A stretch of 64,000 bases of DNA, from positions 310,001-374,000 of the forward strand of contig KE561209.1 in the NCBI GenBank assembly GCA_000442015.1. The letters run 5' to 3'. Positions 46,479 through 59,686 of this stretch are shown one piece after another. Both the position numbers and the translations under genes were made by a program. The notes beneath the pieces are model-generated. The model saw nothing but the letters and a program-made list of their open reading frames with translations. It was not told the origin of the DNA and did not search any database. Source of the stretch: Rozella allomycis CSF55. Taxonomy: Eukaryota. Positions within the stretch are counted from its first letter, which is position 1. Every line of letters begins with the position of its first letter.

Positions 46479-47264
46479 ATGGCACTTCCACCTTCAGAAA
46501 TAATATCAAACGAAGACGGAACCTTTACACAAATAGAATATCGTTTTGATGATAATAATAATATTCTTAAAGTTACACGTGTGATAAAGAAAGAGCTACA
46601 CAAATCTTTGGCTAGTAAAAGTGTGAAGATGCGCAAAGTAATTCGTTCAAAGCTTGGTTTATAGGAATGGAAAAAATTTGGAGATTCAGCTAATGATACC
46701 GACGGTCCCCAAAACGGTATTACAAGTTTGGCGGATGAAATATTTTTGAAACTTAAAATTCCATCATTTGTAAAAACTATTATGTGCATTTATTTAGCTT
46801 AAGGAAGATAATAAATCTATGGCTGCTATTGTTAAAACTGCCGCTAAACGTATTACCTGTGGAAACTGTGGCGGAGACCATATAACAGTTAGATGTCCAT
46901 TGAAGAACAAAATTATTAAAGAGGAAAAGAAAGAAGAAGTTAAAAACGTTTATGTCGCTCCTTCTCGTCGCTCCGATAGAAAAGGTAAGATATTATTTAC
47001 GCTTGTACCAAAGATGACAATTGTACCCTTCGAGTTTCAAATCTTCCAGAAGAAACCACTGAAAGAGACGTACGCGAATTGTTTAAAATGGCTGGTTATA
47101 TTGCAAGATGTTATTTGCCTGTCGATCAAAACCGAGTTTGTAGAGGTTTCTGTTATCTGACATTTGGAAGCAAAGAAGAAGCTGAAAAAGGTATCCAAAT
47201 TGTTAATGGACATCGATATGCCCACCGCGTTCTAAATGTGGAGTTTGCAGAACCAAGAAAATAG
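46479..47264 (+). CDS. EIF3G: Translation initiation factor eIF3 subunit g (Tif35), multi-exon
   Basis: NEDGTFTQIEYRFDDN, WKKFG, CGNCGGDHITVRCP zinc knuckle, RRM (LRVSNL; RGFCYLTF; LNVEFA). Confidence 0.9.
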
Positions 47265-47334
47265 TATAATAAATTCATTTTCATTCCTGATTAATCACTG
47301 TCAACTTTAGACCAGGGTCAACTGGATATCCAAA

Positions 47335-47937
47335 ATGCAAACCTCAAATCCCAAAGAAACAATATTAGAAAAAGATTTGAGCACTACCGAATCTGCGGAT
47401 TATTCTGCTAGTGAAATACCTTTAGGCGCGTTAAGGCCTCGTAGACGAGTAACTTGAAGTCTCAGTACTAATGGTAGAGTGTATCCTTTGTCCTGGTTGA
47501 GGAAGGGACGCAATCTGAAAATGGATCTAACTTTTCATATTCCATCTTGGGTGGCAATGACATATCTTTCCATTCTGCGCCTTCAAGTCCAAAGTCAATT
47601 GGTTCCCATGGGACGTTTGGGCCTGAAATGTTAATGACTATACCGGAAATAGGGTCTGAGTCTTCATATGGAGAATCATCGGTGAATCTTTTGAAATCTC
47701 AAATCAAATTAATGGAACAAGAAATGAAAATCAAGGACCACATGATTCGTTCGTTGGAGCTTCAAGCGGAAGAAAAGGAACTTGGATTAATGGAGAAAAT
47801 CAACGCCTATTTTCAAGAATGGTTCAATGGTTTAGTACTGTAAACTATATTTTAGCCCAATTTTAGATTGTTAAAGAGAATTTGGTTTCAATTTCAATTT
47901 GGCTATCAAATGATGCTGGGATATTTGGAAGAATAAA
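47335..47937 (+). CDS. Hypothetical Ser-rich protein with short coiled coil
   Basis: ATG 47335; ORF 47547-47843 (LKSQIKLMEQEMKIKD..) flanked by short GT..AG gaps; stop within AATAAA. Confidence 0.5.
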
Positions 47938-48073
47938 ATAAATAAGATGCTTTATTTAATTTTTTTATTTTCAAGTGTGATATTCAACTCAAAGTATAGA
48001 TCAGAAGCTTAAAGCTTGCACTGGTCGAAATTCAGTTTTCAATTTACCAGGGTTCTAATTTTGATTGAAATAT

Positions 48074-49155
48074 ATGCAAGAAAACCTGAAAAGTAGTACT
48101 AGTATATCTCGTCTGAGCATACCAAACTTGCTAAATCAAGAACAAGAAAATGATAGAAAGGTACGTAAAGCCACTCACGCTGGAACATGGTATGAAGATA
48201 ACAGTAAGAATCTTTTTTCTTTGTTAAAGGCGCTCGTCTCAATGACAAAGTACTAACATTTATTGACAATGTCGTCGCAGAAATAGATCAGAATCGCAAG
48301 CTTAAAGCTCTGATTGTACCGTAATTCCATTCTTTCCATTTTGTCAAGGCATGCTGGTCTAAAGTTTTCAGGGCAAACTGCGGCCTATTCATACAACCAC
48401 TTACTACAGAAGATTAATGAAATGTAAATGCTCTTTTTTAATATCTCTACTTCTAGTTCTAAGATTTTTGTTTTAGGGCCATCTCACCACTCTTATCTGG
48501 AAAAGCCTGCTGTAAGCACAGTGGACGTGTATGAAACACCATTGGGCAACATTGAAATTGATACTAAAAGTAAAAAATAGACACTATTAAAACAGTCGCC
48601 CATGAATTGATTTCTTCTGGAGCATTTTCTAAACTACCAAAAGATGTTGATGAAGATGAGCATTCAATTGAAATGCAATTGCCATTTATTGCTCATATTC
48701 TAAATAGCGTGTCTTGCAAAGTTTCACTTATTCCAATCTTAATCGGACAAATGAACAAAGTTACACTTCATAGCACAGTGAAAACCTTGTTGCCATATTT
48801 TGCTGATACAGACACAGTTTTCATTATATCTTCTGACTTTTGTCATTACGGTCCTCGTTTTTCGTATACCCCGTTTTCAAACTCTAAGACGCCTATCTAT
48901 AGTGAAATAGAGCAATTGGATAATGATGCTATTAACATGATTTTGGATATGGATTTAAAGTCTTTCGAAATGTATTTGAACCAAACTGGAAACACCATTT
49001 GTGGTCGACATGCAATCAGAGTCTTGTTATCGATCCTCTCGGAATTCAAAGATGAATTCTCAGGCACTCTATTGCATTATTCGCAGTCTAATAAAGCAGT
49101 CTCAGGGACAGATTCATCAGTTAGCTACGCAGCCATAGCATTCACGACAAAATAA
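48074..49155 (+). CDS. MEMO1: MEMO1-family protein, multi-exon
   Basis: RKATHAGTWY, HAG, LGPSHH, EHSIEMQLPF, SSDFCHYG, NTICG, SSVSYA. Confidence 0.92.
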
Positions 49156-49189
49156 ACCAAAGCAAAGTGAGCATAAAATTATACATTTA

Positions 49190-49963
49190 TTACACTGCGC
49201 TGTAGCGATTAAACGTTCCCTGAAACAGTGACGCAGGTTTCAATTCTTTAGAATTCGAAGCCAGAATTCCATGCATACTTTTACTAGCATTCTTCAACTT
49301 TTCTTCCAATTCCGGAAGAATCTGATCAACTCTTTTCTTTGTTGCCAAACTCGACACAGAATCGTCTTCCTTTTCAGCTTTCCTTTTCTTTCTTTTCGAT
49401 TTGCTCTTGATAGCCGCCAGCAATAGTTTCTGTTCATCAGCCGTCGCATTCAACGGAACTTGCCCGCTAACATCCACCCCACAAACTGGGCATTTTTCAG
49501 TCTTTTCCTTTTCAACCAGCAGCTCATTAGCCCCCTTTTCACTCACAACGCACCCACACGGTCTATAATACAAAAATCGGGATGATCCGTTCATTTCCTT
49601 TCTAGTAATAGGACATATAAATTGCGCTACTATCACCTCGTATCCGTCATTCGAAGCTTGTTTCTCGTACAGTGGGTTCGCAGTGAGTTTCAGTTCAGTG
49701 ACATCCTTGAGGGATCGGACGTGTCCGGCGACTGTTTCGCCGTCGCCATACGTTTCTTTGCCGAGAAGGTATTTGATGAGAGATTCTTTCGAGTATAAAC
49801 GGCCGAGACTGCACGATACTATGGGCTGGTTGAGCCGCTCTTTTGATAGGGCGCAGAAGTGCCATTTAGCGGTCGTCTGTGGTTCAGGATTTTCTTGCTT
49901 TTCTTTGGCTTTTGTTCTGATCATTTCGCAACGCTTTGGTATCGATCCGCCGTCGCAACCCAT
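49190..49963 (-). CDS. RTF2: Replication termination factor 2 (Rtf2 RING-like)
   Basis: MGCDGGSIPKR, CALS..L..PIV...LGRLYSKE, HVRSLKDV, FICPIT.KEMNG, CGCVVSE. Confidence 0.93.
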   Translation of the reverse strand: MGCDGGSIPKRCEMIRTKAKEKQENPEPQTTAKWHFCALSKERLNQPIVSCSLGRLYSKESLIKYLLGKETYGDGETVAGHVRSLKDVTELKLTANPLYEKQASNDGYEVIVAQFICPITRKEMNGSSRFLYYRPCGCVVSEKGANELLVEKEKTEKCPVCGVDVSGQVPLNATADEQKLLLAAIKSKSKRKKRKAEKEDDSVSSLATKKRVDQILPELEEKLKNASKSMHGILASNSKELKPASLFQGTFNRYSAV

Positions 49964-50099
49964 TTCGATTTATTTGTGGCTGAGTAGAGAATGTAGAGAA
50001 TGAAGAGTACAATTGTCCAAATATGTAACTATTACAGTATGTTTAAATGAATTATAATTTATTGAATTTAAATAAACCTCTACACAACGGACAAGAACT

Positions 50100-53000
50100 T
50101 TAAAATAAACTTCTGCACAACGGACAAGAACTTTGCGCTGAGCTTTTGAACCACTTGAACAAACAAGGCCCATGAAACTTATTCTTGCAAGTTTTGCACA
50201 TCTGCGACGGCAGCGACTTGTCTGTGATATGAATGACCGAGTAGCAGATGGGACAATCGTCGATGCCTTCGAAGCGCTTGTCAGCGTTATTCTTCCAAAG
50301 CAGCAGTGCATCGAGAATAGACAGATTCTAATTTATAATGGTAAAGATGAATACTTGGGAGGTGATTGCTGTTTGCGAGACGAGGAGCCATTGCCTCCAC
50401 TTGCCTTCATTAACGCCCGCGCGTTTGCCGCCTTCGACGGTGACTTGACGAAGCGGATATATGAGGGGGATGTTGACTTGGATTTCCATTGACACATCGT
50501 CGATTGTGTATTTGGCGACTACTTGGGCGTCTGAGCCTGATGGCTGGATCACTTTGAAGATTGTGTTTTCGAGACATGATTGATCGAATGATCGGATGAG
50601 ACTTAATTCTCTTTGGATAAGAATTGGTGAAAAGTATTTCTTTGTGTATCTGTTGAATTGAATGAAATGTGTTACTGTTCGAGAGCCAGGGTGATTGAAC
50701 GATTGTTGGATTCAGCGATCCATCTGCGTACAATGAATGATGAATGAAACAGTAACTTGTAGTAAAGGAATGCGCAAATTAGTTGTTTGCTGTTTGAATC
50801 GTTGAAGGAACTGAAGAATAGATTGGGAATGAATTCTGAAATATCAAACTTTGAGATATCGAAAGCTTTTTCAGAAATGTTTAAATTAACACAGATGATT
50901 TCTAGTAATTGTTCGATTAAAGACCAATGGTTGTCTTTTAATGCAACCATAATATTTAAGCGATCTAATTCACCCTTTTATGAATGTGAATGAAAATGTT
51001 TACTTTATCTTCAAGAATGTCAAAAAGTAAAAGAAAGCCAACAATCATTGAATCTAAACTCTAAGAATAGATTGAGAGAGTGTAGATTACCTTGTTTGTG
51101 AATATTTTAAACAGCAGGGGGTCAATTGTGAGATCTTTTTCATTTTCAATTGTTATCCAATCAGTAATGTTTGTGGTATTCTTGACTAGAAGATACCCAA
51201 TCATTGCCTTTTCAAAATATTCAGAATCCACAATTAAATCAGAAAAATTCAAATCTAAATCTATTTTGTTTAAATCTTTTATTTCAATAGATTCTTTCAC
51301 TTCATTGGAATATTTTTCTAAATAGATTGAATAAAGAAGATTAAATAGATTAAAATGATTTGAATTTGAAATTTCAGAAAAGCAAAATCTAAAAATAGAA
51401 TCATTGAAAGGTTTCTTTAAGACAGATTTTAACGCTAAATGTTTTAATTCCAAACAAGACAAAGAAAAGAAATCATCGACAGACAAATTTGATTCATCAG
51501 CCAAAGAAGAAAGCATTAAATTGATTTTATCAAACTTTTGAATTTCAAATTTCTCTAGATAGCCAGAATAATCAAATGGTTTAAATTTTAATAATTTTTG
51601 AAATTGAAGATTAAATTTTGCAAAAATTATTTCTCGTCTTGCTAGATCTATTTCAGAAATTTCATTTTGTTTGTTTAGAATTAACTTTTGAAGAATGAAT
51701 GGAGTTGAATCTTTTTCAAATTCAAAACATTCCAAGAAATTAACAAATGAAAAACTAGAAAGAATAGCCAATGGATCTCTTAAAGAAATTTTATCATTTT
51801 TAGAAAGTTTTTCTTCAATTAATGAATCTAAAAGAGATATTTCATTAAACAATTCTGGTTCAACATCCCTTGCATAAAGAAATAGATTAGATCGAAATTT
51901 TAATGCATTTTCAATAGAAAAGGAAAAAGATTCTTTTAGAAAATATATTACTAATTTTCCAATTGAAGAATAATTTTTAATTTCAAATTCAGAAACTAAA
52001 ATGAATGGATCTAATTGTGGCTGGTGTATTTTATAAATAGATTCAGAAATTTCTAAAATATTCAAAAGTAAATCTTCTTGTTCTTTTAAAGTCTTTTTGT
52101 TTAGAATCAATTTAAACAATTTTAATGAAATCTCATTTGGATCTATTTTGTAATTTTCAAAAATATATTTAATGAATTTCTCTGGATTTGAAATATTTTT
52201 CAAGATTAAATTATCTACAAGGATTAAACTGAAATAGATTTGAAACATATAATTCTCATGTTCTTCAAATTTAGGATCTTCAATTTCTTTATCTAGAATC
52301 TTTTTGATTAATCTATAATAAAGATTTGGATTTGAATTCAAGATTAATTCATTGAGGGTTGAAACCCAATCTTGATTTAAATTATCTAAAAACATTTCAT
52401 GTAAATTTTCTTCTTTACAAATTAATTTTAAATCTTCAAATTTTGGTTTAAAAATTTCAGAAAATGATTTTGGATTTTTACAAATAAATTTTACCGCCAA
52501 TTTTTGATTTAATGAAAATAAAACTTTTAACGCATTTATTACTTTATTATTTTCTTCTTTTCTTTCTTGATAAATTAAAATTAAATCTTCCAATTCCTTT
52601 TCATTCAAATCTCCAATTTCAATCTCTAAAACTTGTTCATTTAAATACTTTGGAAATTTAGAATAAAATGGCAACAAAATTCTCAAATCTTTAATTTTTA
52701 TTATTTTTTCAATATTTTCTTCAACATTAACAATCTCTTTAACATTTTCTAAAATAAAACAAAATTTTCTAATCTCATTTTGATTTTTCACTTTTTCATT
52801 CAAATTATTTAAAATTAATTCAATTTGTTCCTTTTGCAAATTTTCTAAAATAAATTTCACTTGATCGTTTCCAATTAATGAATCATTGGAAAAAAGCCAA
52901 TCTTCAAATGGAATCAAAATTGCTTCTTTTTCCAACCAATCTTTTTCTCTTATTGAATTCTTTATTAAATAATTTAAATTCTCAACAAATGTTTTAACAA

Positions 53001-54078
53001 CAAGAAAGATTAATGAAAATTCTAAATATTCAGATCTAATTCCCTTCCAAATTGCATTCACAAACAATTTAACATTAATCTTTTCTCCAATTAAATTCAA
53101 CAATGGCAAAATAAATGGATAAACTAAATTTCCTTGTCTTTTACATCCATTTTCTAAATATCCATAAAATCTATTCAACAATGGCTTCTTTGGCACATTC
53201 TTCTCCCAAATCTCAATATTCCTTTCACTCATCAACAAAATACATTCCCACAAGCTTTCAACCAACAAACTCTCTTCTTCTTCAAACGCATTCATCAAAA
53301 TATTCTTTTGAATCTCCAAATTCAATTTCATCCCCTTGCTCAACATAATCTTTATCAATTTAAATCCAGATTGTCTCAAAAACACATTATTCTCTTTATT
53401 CAAAATATTATTCCAAATCTCAACATCCATCATCCCCTCATTAACATCTTCCACATACCCATTCTCCACCAAATATCCCACCATCATCAACCCACTTCCA
53501 ACAATCCTAGCAAACTTAAACTCCACATCCTCATAATCCGCACAACTATCCTTCAAATCCCCCCTCTTAGTTTGCACAACACACCCCTCCACATACTTCA
53601 ATACACTCTCCAAACAATACTCAATCACCATTCTCCTCTTATCCTCCCCAAACGCACTCTACTCACCCACTCCAATCACCCTTACCTCAAAATTACTCTT
53701 CGAAACACCTTGCACCGACAAAGCCGGATCAAACCACGAACAAAACCACGCACCACTATACTCTTTCAAAACAGGTGCAAGCGNACGAACAAAACCACGC
53801 TCCACTATACTCTCTCAAAACAGGTGCAAGCGCCTTCTTATCCCTCTTCAAAATCTCCCCAACTACCCGATTCACACCCTCCCTCACACTCTTCGCGCCA
53901 TCCACACACAGCTTCACATACGGCTTCACAAACACTCCTGCAAACTCTCCAACATTGTCCACAGTCTCGATCATCGCGCTTATTTGCTCCAGCGATTTTT
54001 GGCGCGTTATTATATCCTTTTTACTCAGCTTCTTCAAAAGAACTACTAGCTCGGGGTCAAGCTCAGTGGCAGTCGGCC
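50100..54078 (-). CDS. LTN1: Listerin E3 ubiquitin ligase (LTN1/Rkr1), multi-exon; extreme 5' end lost at n54079
   Basis: N-terminal [19 protein letters not shown]-like [21 protein letters not shown]-terminal [39 protein letters not shown], stop 50102-50100. Confidence 0.92.
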
Positions 54079-54219
54079 NTACGTTGTTTCAATTCAATGT
54101 GGTAACTAAATATGTGCATCCGATTAAGTTTCAGTTAAACATTTAAATAAAATGAAATTTAATAGTTAAAAATGGTATGAGGTAATTATAAAATAGAGTG
54201 CTTTATTGAAACTATGGTA

Positions 54220-54818
54220 TTAAGACGATGCCATGAAATCCCGAAAAGGCTTGCGATTCTGGGGATCGGAGATGCTTTTCAATATAATTCTAAAACACTT
54301 TAGCATACTGGGTTGATTGACGATTTTATGATGATTTTGCAATGATTTTAGTAAGTCCACTTTAACGTTGTCATTTTCAAGAAACGGAATTAATAATTCA
54401 AGTGAATCTTCGATTGGGAACCGCACATTTTTAGAAAATAACTCCAATAGCAATAGATGTGGTTTCGGGGCAAACCCGACCAGGTCAATTAACAATTTTA
54501 AGAACCAATGGCCTCTTCCTGTATTCAATGAAGCTTCATGGAACTTTAGTTCAAATAATCCGTAATTTGAATCTTTTATATAACCTAAAATTTTCTTGAA
54601 AAGAATGGTTCTAGTTTTGTCCTCGGGCTTCCAATATTGAAAAGTTTCGATCCAATCAAGATCATACAGGAATGTCTTATCAATGTCTTCAAATGAAGTT
54701 AACAGCAATTCTTTTGTTTGAACCTCGAAGCTTTCATCTAGATCTTTTAGGAATCGTTTAAACATATATTTCCAGCGAGCTGCGATTTCTTTATATGTGC
54801 CAAACTTGGGGTATGTCG
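54220..54818 (-). CDS. Hypothetical protein fragment (5' end at n54819)
   Basis: Open frame of about 200 codons ending at TAA 54220 with AATAAA downstream; no family recognised. Confidence 0.45.
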
Positions 54819-56009
54819 NAGCAAAAGATTTCGTTTATTGAGTTTACAAGGGTATCATTGTTAGGCCGTAAAGTAAAAGTAAGGAAAACACTAATCGCCT
54901 GTTGATTCCGGTGATAAATTTAATATTTGGAGGCTGCATGCTGTGTCAGTGGTCGAGACTGCCTACTTTGCAGGATCCCATTGGCATAGTTGGCCAATTA
55001 ATTTATCTGAGGCTCTGAGCAAACTTGTTCATATATGCAACCAGGCATTACTGAACTGCCGTTCCATCACTTTCAAGAACCAATCCATAAATCTTTTCAC
55101 GTAAACTCATGATAGTTCATAGTAGGATCCCGTTGGCATAGTTTGCCAATTAATTTTATGAATCGGACGGGANGATACTATTTATAGAAAAGACCCATAT
55201 ATAAAACTCTACGGATATACCAATAAATAGAACGGAGGATAATCCATTCTCAATCGACATCTGTTTTGCTNATATGTTTCCTAAATTCAATGATGCCATG
55301 TACAATTTAATGACAAAAGCATACATTTACTCATATGCCAGTCACATTTTGGATCAATATGAATTTAAAGTTCCAAAGGATGCCACAAGTTTTATTTATA
55401 TATTCAATATATTTTTCAAAGAATCAGATAGAATCAAGTTATTCAGCATGCCATTCTATTCAAAATTTCGCCCCGATAATTCATTCTTCATCGACAACAT
55501 CAATATTTTAGAAGATTCGCTACATGAGTTCAACATCCAGAAATGGTTCTTGGATTGTTTTAAAAATAATGAACTTGAATAAGGCCAACAAGTCTCGCAG
55601 TGCTCCGTGCTCGTTGAATCGGACGGGGAGTTAATTAAGAAATAAAAACAAATTTCTTTACAATACNACGTCTTGGGGGTACATTAATTTCTTTAGATCT
55701 TTTCCATAAATTTCCATTATTGATAAAAAACTTTTCGCTCATTTTCTTTACTTGCTTAATCTTATCGTGGGTTACATTTTCTGGGAACTGTAGCGTTAAT
55801 AAATAATTGCATAATAAATTCCAATCTTCACTAAAGCTCTTGGTAAACCAGCGAAAAGTAATCTCAATACATCTCGTTTTACTAACTCTAATTCATGATC
55901 ATTAACATGTTCATAAAGATGGGCTAAATTCCGATAAATAACTATATGTATCCAACTTTTTCTGAGCCAAAGCTTCAAAATCCTTAATTGAATATTTCTG
56001 GACGGTCAN

Positions 56010-56036
56010 CCCCGGGTTCAATCCCCGGCGAAGCCC
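56010..56036 (+). tRNA. 3' part of a tRNA gene (T-arm and acceptor strand), possibly tRNA-Pro; 5' part lost at n56009
   Basis: CCGGG-TTCAATC-CCCGG stem-loop, then CGAAGCC plus discriminator C, then a T5 Pol III terminator at 56040-56044; anticodon not visible. Confidence 0.6.
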
Positions 56037-57153
56037 AGCTTTTTGATTTCAAGCCTATAACAAACAATTATTAATTGAATCACGCACTTGGATCAAATCT
56101 AGAATCTGCAAGCAAAATTTTTCAATTTCCTCAATTTTTCATTCCTTTTATATACTTGTTTCTTCTTGACACGGAAGATTTCATGAACCTTCGTGGAAAA
56201 CGNACACTAAGGATCTTGGTCTAATCAGTTTTCACTTGGTACTCCTGCTGATAACACTTCTGGTTTGCATATATGGGGGATTTGTAAAGGCAGTTCTTCT
56301 TCTTCATTAAGAAGAACTGCCAAACATGTGCATTTGTCCAAATTCCCCAGATATTGCAACGTCCTTTTCAGCGACGTTGATCGGTCCTGAAAGTGTCCTT
56401 TACATAGTCTTCTTTGATGTTTGATTGTTGAAATAGCGGAAACAGAGAGCGAAAAGATTTAAAAATTTCATCTCCCAGATACGCCGGCGGTACATAATGC
56501 GATTAAAGAGTTGGTAAACTTGTTGAATTTTAAAATTTTTTTTATANAGTTTTGTCACTTTTCACAATATATAACAATAACTTGAATTTTATTCCCACGT
56601 ATTCTTGTACTACTCTTTTTTGTATGACTCTATTCCAAGGCGTAACGTTGCTAACCTTTCAGATTGAAAATCACCTTCATTTCCTTTCTACACAGAATTA
56701 TTGTTAGTCCGTGAAACCCCAATAGGCATAGCATCGAACATAAATATGTACAAAATAAAAATATAATATATACTACCTTGAAATCTCCAAAGCGGTGTTG
56801 AAAAAAGGCGATGAAAGTAGATTATTTCAACTCTAACGACAATTTCAGTATTTTTTTTTTATATTTTAAATATATACAGTTATTTGAATAATCGTTTTTA
56901 NTTGATCAATAAAAGGTTGAAATATTAAGAAGAATTCTTTTTTCTGATTTAATGGTGGAAAAATAACTCGAAAAAGGCTGTCGCACCGACACAATCTCAG
57001 ATTGGAAAAGATGAGTCGTATAAAGAATGTTAATAATCAATAATAAATAAATTAGTTTATCTAAATAATTAATTTTTTATTGGTCGATTCCAATTCCAAA
57101 CTCCCTATCCCACGGAACATATGATTCCATAATATCTCATCAACAACTCAAAC

Positions 57154-59686
57154 TGTAAGGATACCCTTACATAAGCATGTAACTCTTAGATTTATTTCTT
57201 ACACTTTAACAAGACTAACTATTAACATGGATTTACAAGATTACTTTGTTGCACAGACCCAAGCATTGAATCAAATATCAGAAAAGCTTTTGGCAGTGAG
57301 TGCTGGAAGATCGGGAATGCCTAAAATTAGTGAGCCAGAATATTTCTACGGAAATCCAAAGAAACTTGCCGCTTTCCTGAGACAATTAGAGTTTGTGTTT
57401 GAATTGAATGAACAAATGTATAACACTGATAACAAGAAGATTATTTATGCAGCTTCATATTGTCGAGGACCTGTGAGCAATTGGTTAGAGTCATATTGGC
57501 TCATTGATGAAACATTAAGAACATACGAAGATTTTGTATTACAATTAAAGAGACAAATTGGATTAAGAGAAAATAAAGTAGCTATTCAGCAAGAGATAAT
57601 GAAAATGAAGCAAGGGAGCAAGTCTGTGAGTGCCTTAATCGCTGAGTTTCAACGACTTGCACCTCTTTCAGGTTTTAATGATGAAGCCATTCAAGCATTT
57701 GTATTTAAGTCCCTTAACCGAGATATTCAGCAAACTCTTGAGTACCACAATGAACCCAGAAATCTCCAAGAATTTTATAATTTACTTTTATTGATTGAGG
57801 AAAGAAAATTGATAAATAAAATGTATTCTTTTCAAAAAACAACGAAACTGAATGATGAGTATCAGAATAATCTTGAACCAACTGAAACATCAACATCAGA
57901 ACCAATGATAATTGACGGAACATTCAACAAATTCTCTAAATTAACAGTGGAGGGTCGTGAAAAATGTAAGAGAGAAGGGCGTTGTTTTCGCTGCGGAGCG
58001 AAAGGACACTTAGCAAAAAATTGTACGACTAATTCTAATAGTTCTATAAAGAACAATTTATCTACGTACCATCTTGTTTTTCCTATTTCTTTTATGAATG
58101 ATATTTGCACTCATGTTCTCATTGATTCGGGCGCCTCAACTTCGTTTATTGATAAAGATTTCGCTCAACACTACAGTATTCCGTCATCCATTAGGTCGCA
58201 TAGTGAAGAAATTGAAACCATTGATGGACAACGGTTGAAAATTGATCGACAATGTGAACATTTAACATTTGTTATAAATGAACAAGCATATCAGCATACT
58301 TTTAAATTAATTGGAAGTCCACACTTCAATATTATTTTAGGTATGGATTGGTTAGTTAAAACCAATCCCAATATTGATTGGAAACATCGAACCATGAATA
58401 TAAATCTGGAAACTAATTGTAGAAATATTTCATGTAATAAGCCTAATGATTCTATATTATCCAATTCAAAAACATCAAATACTTATCAAATGCATAAAGC
58501 AAAGAAATTAATTCATTCTATTAACTCCATCTTAAAAACGGATATTGATATTCATTCAAATCTCCCAGAAATTTATCATGAATATCTTGATGTATTTAGT
58601 GAAGAAAATGCGTCCCAATCACCAGAGCATTCAGAATTTGATATTACAATTGAATTATTGAAAGACACTAAACCACCGTTTGGTCCAATATACAATTTAT
58701 CACAAGACAAATCAATCAAGAGCCTTAAAGATATATTTAGATGAAAATCTTAAAAAGAAATTTATTGTTGCGAGTAAATCTCCTGCAGCTTCACCAATTA
58801 TGTTTGTAAAATAGAAAGATAAATCTTTGAGACTTGTTGTAGATTACAGAAAATTGAATAATATAACCGTGAAAAATAGATATCCAATACCACTTATTCA
58901 AAATTTAATAGATAACTTAAAAGGCTCAAAAATACTTACAAAATTGGATTTAAGAGGTGCTTGTAATTTAATAAGAGTTAAAAAATCAGATCAATGGAAA
59001 ACAGCATTTCGTACAAAGTATGGTCAATTTCAATACCAAGTAATGCCATTCGGATTATGTAACGCACCGTCCATTTTTCAAAATATGATGAATAGTATTT
59101 TTCATGATTTATTAGATCAGTTTGTTGTTATTTATTTGGATGATATTTTGATATTTTCTAAAAATCTAGAAGAACATTCTCAACATGTTAAAATAGTTTT
59201 GCAAAAATTGAGAGAACATAATCTTTTTGCAAAACTGGGAAAGTGGTTTTTCCATGTCACAGAGGTTGATTTGTTAGGTTTTGATATTAATACTAATGGT
59301 ATTTCGATGCATAAGAATAAAGTTCAGTCAATTGAAAAATGGGAAGAACCAAAAAATATTAAACAGTTGCAAAGATTTTTGGGAGTCACAAATTATAACA
59401 GAAAATTTATTTCTAATTACCCTAAAATTGCTGTACCATTGACCAATTTATTGAAGAAAAATATTGGAAAATGTAATTGGACAAATGAGTGTAAAAATGC
59501 ATTTAAATTATTAAAATCAAAATTTATTAAAATGCCAATTTTGCAATTTCCAGATATGACTAAACCATTCATTGTTCAAACGAATGCTTCGGATTTTGCT
59601 CTGGGTGGCGTATTATTACAAACTGATTCTGAAAACATTCTACATCCAGTTGCTTAGCATTCCCGGAAATTCTCGTCTGCAGAGCT
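57154..59686 (+). mobile_element. Degenerate Ty3/Gypsy LTR retrotransposon (gag-PR-RT-RNase H start), cut by the N gap
   Basis: Gag with CFRCGAKGHLAKNC knuckle, protease LIDSGAS, RT (LVVDYRKLN, KTAFRT, MPFGLCNAP, YLDDILI), RNase H (QTNASD); frameshift near 58710, TAG stops at 58811 and 59655. Confidence 0.95.

Noticed and set aside
53308-54146. His/Leu/Pro-rich + strand ORFs (also 6740-7075, 12289-13259, 36335-36835)
   Set aside because: Antisense frames kept open by extreme strand skew opposite real genes (LTN1, SF3B1, RhoGEF, TOPBP1).
56010-57227. tRNA-targeted insertion of the Gypsy element
   Set aside because: Three n joins separate the tRNA fragment from the element, so adjacency is not established.
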